DNA of 64,000 nucleotides from Gammaproteobacteria bacterium (GTDB lineage Bacteria; Pseudomonadota; Gammaproteobacteria; CBDBBL01): NCBI GenBank assembly GCA_965203125.1, contig CBDBBL010000018.1, positions 162,885 to 226,884 of the forward strand, read 5' to 3'. Shown piece by piece: positions 61,740 to 64,000 of this stretch (position 1 is its first letter; each line of letters starts with the position of its first letter). The notes under the pieces were generated by a model. It saw only the letters and a program-made list of their open reading frames with translations, ran no database searches and was not told where the DNA came from. The position numbers and the translations under genes were made by a program.

Positions 61740-62858
61740 CTATTTAAAACACACACACCCCAGCGGTACGCGATGTGTTGCGCCAGTTACTTCTGGTAAA
61801 TTGCTTGGGTGATGTTGTAAGGTTTGTTGTGCAAGCCAAGCGAATGCAACGGCTTCTACCCAATCGGGTGCAACACCGAGTGTTTCAGTTGAGTGTATGG
61901 GTTGCTCTTTAGCAATCTGCTTCATACGCTTTATCAAGTCTTGATTGTGTATGCCGCCGCCACAGACGTAGATTTCAGCGTTGACTGTTTTTTGAGTGGC
62001 TTGAATGGCTTGCATTATTGATTGTGCGGTTAACTCTGCTAAGGTGCTTTGTATGTCTTCCGGTGCGTAATTTGCTAGTGAACCCAGCCTTTCTTCAAGC
62101 CAGTTGATGTTAAAATATTCTGGACCTGTGCTTTTGGGGTTGGGTTGCTGAAAGTAGGGATCATTCAGCAATTTTTTTAGTAGGTGTGTTTGTACTTCTC
62201 CTTGCTGAGCCCAGCTGCCATTTTTGTCGTAAGGTGTTTGATGATGTTGCTGTATCCAGTGATCAAGCAGTGTATTCCCTGGCCCTGTATCAAACCCGAT
62301 AACGCAGGTGTTCTCTTTGTTGAGGTAAGTGATGTTAGCAATACCTCCGATGTTTAGAATAACACGATCCTGGTGCTTGCTATGAAAAAATGTCTGGTGG
62401 AAGCTCGGGGTAAGTGGTGCGCCTTGTCCTCCTGCTGCGATATCGCGTCGACGAAAATCACTGACTGTGGTAATTTGTGTGTGTTCCGTTAATTGATTGG
62501 GGTCGAGGAGTTGCCAGCTGAATGGCCAGTTAGATAAACGGTCGCCTGTGGGTTGATGCCATAACGTTTGCCCGTGACAGCCAATCGCCGTGATTTGATT
62601 GGAGGTGATCGTTGTTTTATCCAATAATGCCAGTGTGGCATTGATAAAGGCATGAGTGATTTGTTGTTCCAGCTCAGCCAGTTGTACGATGGTGGTTGTT
62701 GGTGTATTCACGATGGTTTGATAGTGCTTGAGTATATCTGTATTGATTGTTTCACTATGGGTTGTGATAAGATGTAATTGAGGGTCAAAGGAAACCACGG
62801 CAGCGTCAATAGAATCCATGCTGGTGCCAGACATTAAACCAATAAAATAGTTGCCCAT
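61740..62858 (-). CDS. anmK: Anhydro-N-acetylmuramic acid kinase
   Basis: 372 aa; N-terminal YFIGLMSGTSMDSIDAA (ASKHA phosphate-1 motif of AnmK). Confidence 0.9.
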   Translation of the reverse strand: MGNYFIGLMSGTSMDSIDAAVVSFDPQLHLITTHSETINTDILKHYQTIVNTPTTTIVQLAELEQQITHAFINATLALLDKTTITSNQITAIGCHGQTLWHQPTGDRLSNWPFSWQLLDPNQLTEHTQITTVSDFRRRDIAAGGQGAPLTPSFHQTFFHSKHQDRVILNIGGIANITYLNKENTCVIGFDTGPGNTLLDHWIQQHHQTPYDKNGSWAQQGEVQTHLLKKLLNDPYFQQPNPKSTGPEYFNINWLEERLGSLANYAPEDIQSTLAELTAQSIMQAIQATQKTVNAEIYVCGGGIHNQDLIKRMKQIAKEQPIHSTETLGVAPDWVEAVAFAWLAQQTLQHHPSNLPEVTGATHRVPLGCVCFK

Positions 62859-62910
62859 TGTTTCATCGCTCTTATAATAAAGTTTTATTTTACCTTAGAT
62901 AGAGCATATT

Positions 62911-64000
62911 GTGACAGAAATTAATCAAGCATTTGAATTGATCAAACGTGGTACGGATACCATTATTGCAGAAGACTTGTTGAAAGAGCGGCTGGCAAGT
63001 GGGCGACCATTACTTGTGAAGGTTGGTTTTGATCCAACGGCGCCAGATTTACATCTTGGACATACGGTGATCCTCAATAAAATGCGTGTTTTTCAAGATC
63101 TAGGGCATCAAGTTTGCTTTTTGATTGGTGATTTTACGGGGAAAATTGGTGATCCGACAGGTAAGAATGTAACCCGTCAACCATTAACTGATGAGCAGGT
63201 TGCACAAAATGCAGCAACCTACGCGGAACAAGTATTTAAAGTATTAGATAAAGATAAAACACGTGTATTATTTAATTCATCATGGATGGAGAAATTAAGT
63301 TCCAGTGATATGATTCAATTGGCATCACGTTATACGGTTGCGCGTATGTTAGAGCGTGATGATTTTAGTCAACGTTTCAAAAAAGAACAATCAATCGCTT
63401 TGCATGAATTCTTATATCCACTGGTTCAAGGGTATGATTCTGTGCACCTAAAGGCAGATGTGGAAATGGGTGGAACGGATCAGCGGTTTAATTTATTGGT
63501 AGGGCGAGAGTTGCAGCGCCAACATGCGCAAGCACAGCAAGTGGTGATTACTTTGCCACTGCTAGAAGGGTTGGATGGGGTGAAAAAGATGTCCAAGTCA
63601 CTAGATAACTATATTGGCATTTCTGATGCGCCTGAAATGATGTTTGGGAAAATCATGTCGATATCTGATGAGTTGATGTGGAGATATTTTGATTTATTAA
63701 GTTTCCAGTCCAGTCAGGCGATAGCAAAGCTGAAACAGTCGGTCGTTGAAGGCAAAAATCCACGAGATATTAAGGTGATGTTTGCCAAAGAGATCATAGC
63801 TCGCTTTCATAATCAGGTGAGTGCTGATAAAGCGCATGAGGATTTTGTTGCACGCTTTAAGCATGATGCAATTCCAGAAGATATGCCTGAGGTGAGGCTG
63901 AATTGTTCGCCGGGTGAGAAAGGTGTGTCCATTGCCTTGGTGCTTAAAGAGGCGGGCTTGGTGAAGGGTACATCTGAAGGTATGAGGATGGTTAAACAAG
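62911..64000 (+). CDS. tyrS: Tyrosine--tRNA ligase (3'-partial, runs off window end)
   Basis: GTG start; HIGH-type motif (PDLHLGHTV) and KMSKS motif (KKMSKSLDN) in frame; absent from the ORF list only because no stop lies in the window. Confidence 0.85.
   Translation, partial: MTEINQAFELIKRGTDTIIAEDLLKERLASGRPLLVKVGFDPTAPDLHLGHTVILNKMRVFQDLGHQVCFLIGDFTGKIGDPTGKNVTRQPLTDEQVAQNAATYAEQVFKVLDKDKTRVLFNSSWMEKLSSSDMIQLASRYTVARMLERDDFSQRFKKEQSIALHEFLYPLVQGYDSVHLKADVEMGGTDQRFNLLVGRELQRQHAQAQQVVITLPLLEGLDGVKKMSKSLDNYIGISDAPEMMFGKIMSISDELMWRYFDLLSFQSSQAIAKLKQSVVEGKNPRDIKVMFAKEIIARFHNQVSADKAHEDFVARFKHDAIPEDMPEVRLNCSPGEKGVSIALVLKEAGLVKGTSEGMRMVKQ

Noticed and set aside
63697-63999. 100-aa minus-strand ORF
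   Set aside because: Antisense to tyrS, which has HIGH-type and KMSKS motifs in frame on the plus strand.

Overview
AT-rich (~40% GC) gammaproteobacterial chromosomal segment. Conserved housekeeping blocks (nhaA, trhO, tadA, xseA, guaBA, truA, fimV-like, prfA, hemA, mnmG, aroK, a reduced type IV pilus pilN/O/Q set, ssrA tmRNA, rplM-rpsI-sspAB, glmU, psd, cca, dksA, hemJ, erpA, anmK, tyrS) are interleaved with accessory material. All calls are made by eye from the sequence and the supplied ORF translations; no database search was run, so family assignments rest on remembered motifs. The accessory content is: (1) a partial type VI secretion-like gene set (tssG, tssF, tssA, tssB, tssC, an unrecognisable gene in the hcp position, and a divergent second tssC on the opposite strand); this is the best candidate for the undescribed system, with no tssE, clpV, tssJKLM or vgrG in the window; (2) an IS6-family (IS26-like) element whose transposase gene is split by a 2280-nt group II intron with its own RT/maturase ORF, plus a second truncated copy of the same composite; (3) an IS481-like insertion between xseA and guaB, and an IS256-family transposase remnant; (4) six copies of a 160-180 bp MITE-like repeat sharing a palindromic core; (5) three tandem paralogous small secreted Cys-containing proteins; (6) a giant (~2740 aa) surface protein with about 16 near-identical 342-bp tandem repeats and two compensating single-base indels, flanked by unknown genes; (7) a 21-bp duplication of the tmRNA 3' end 158 bp downstream of ssrA.
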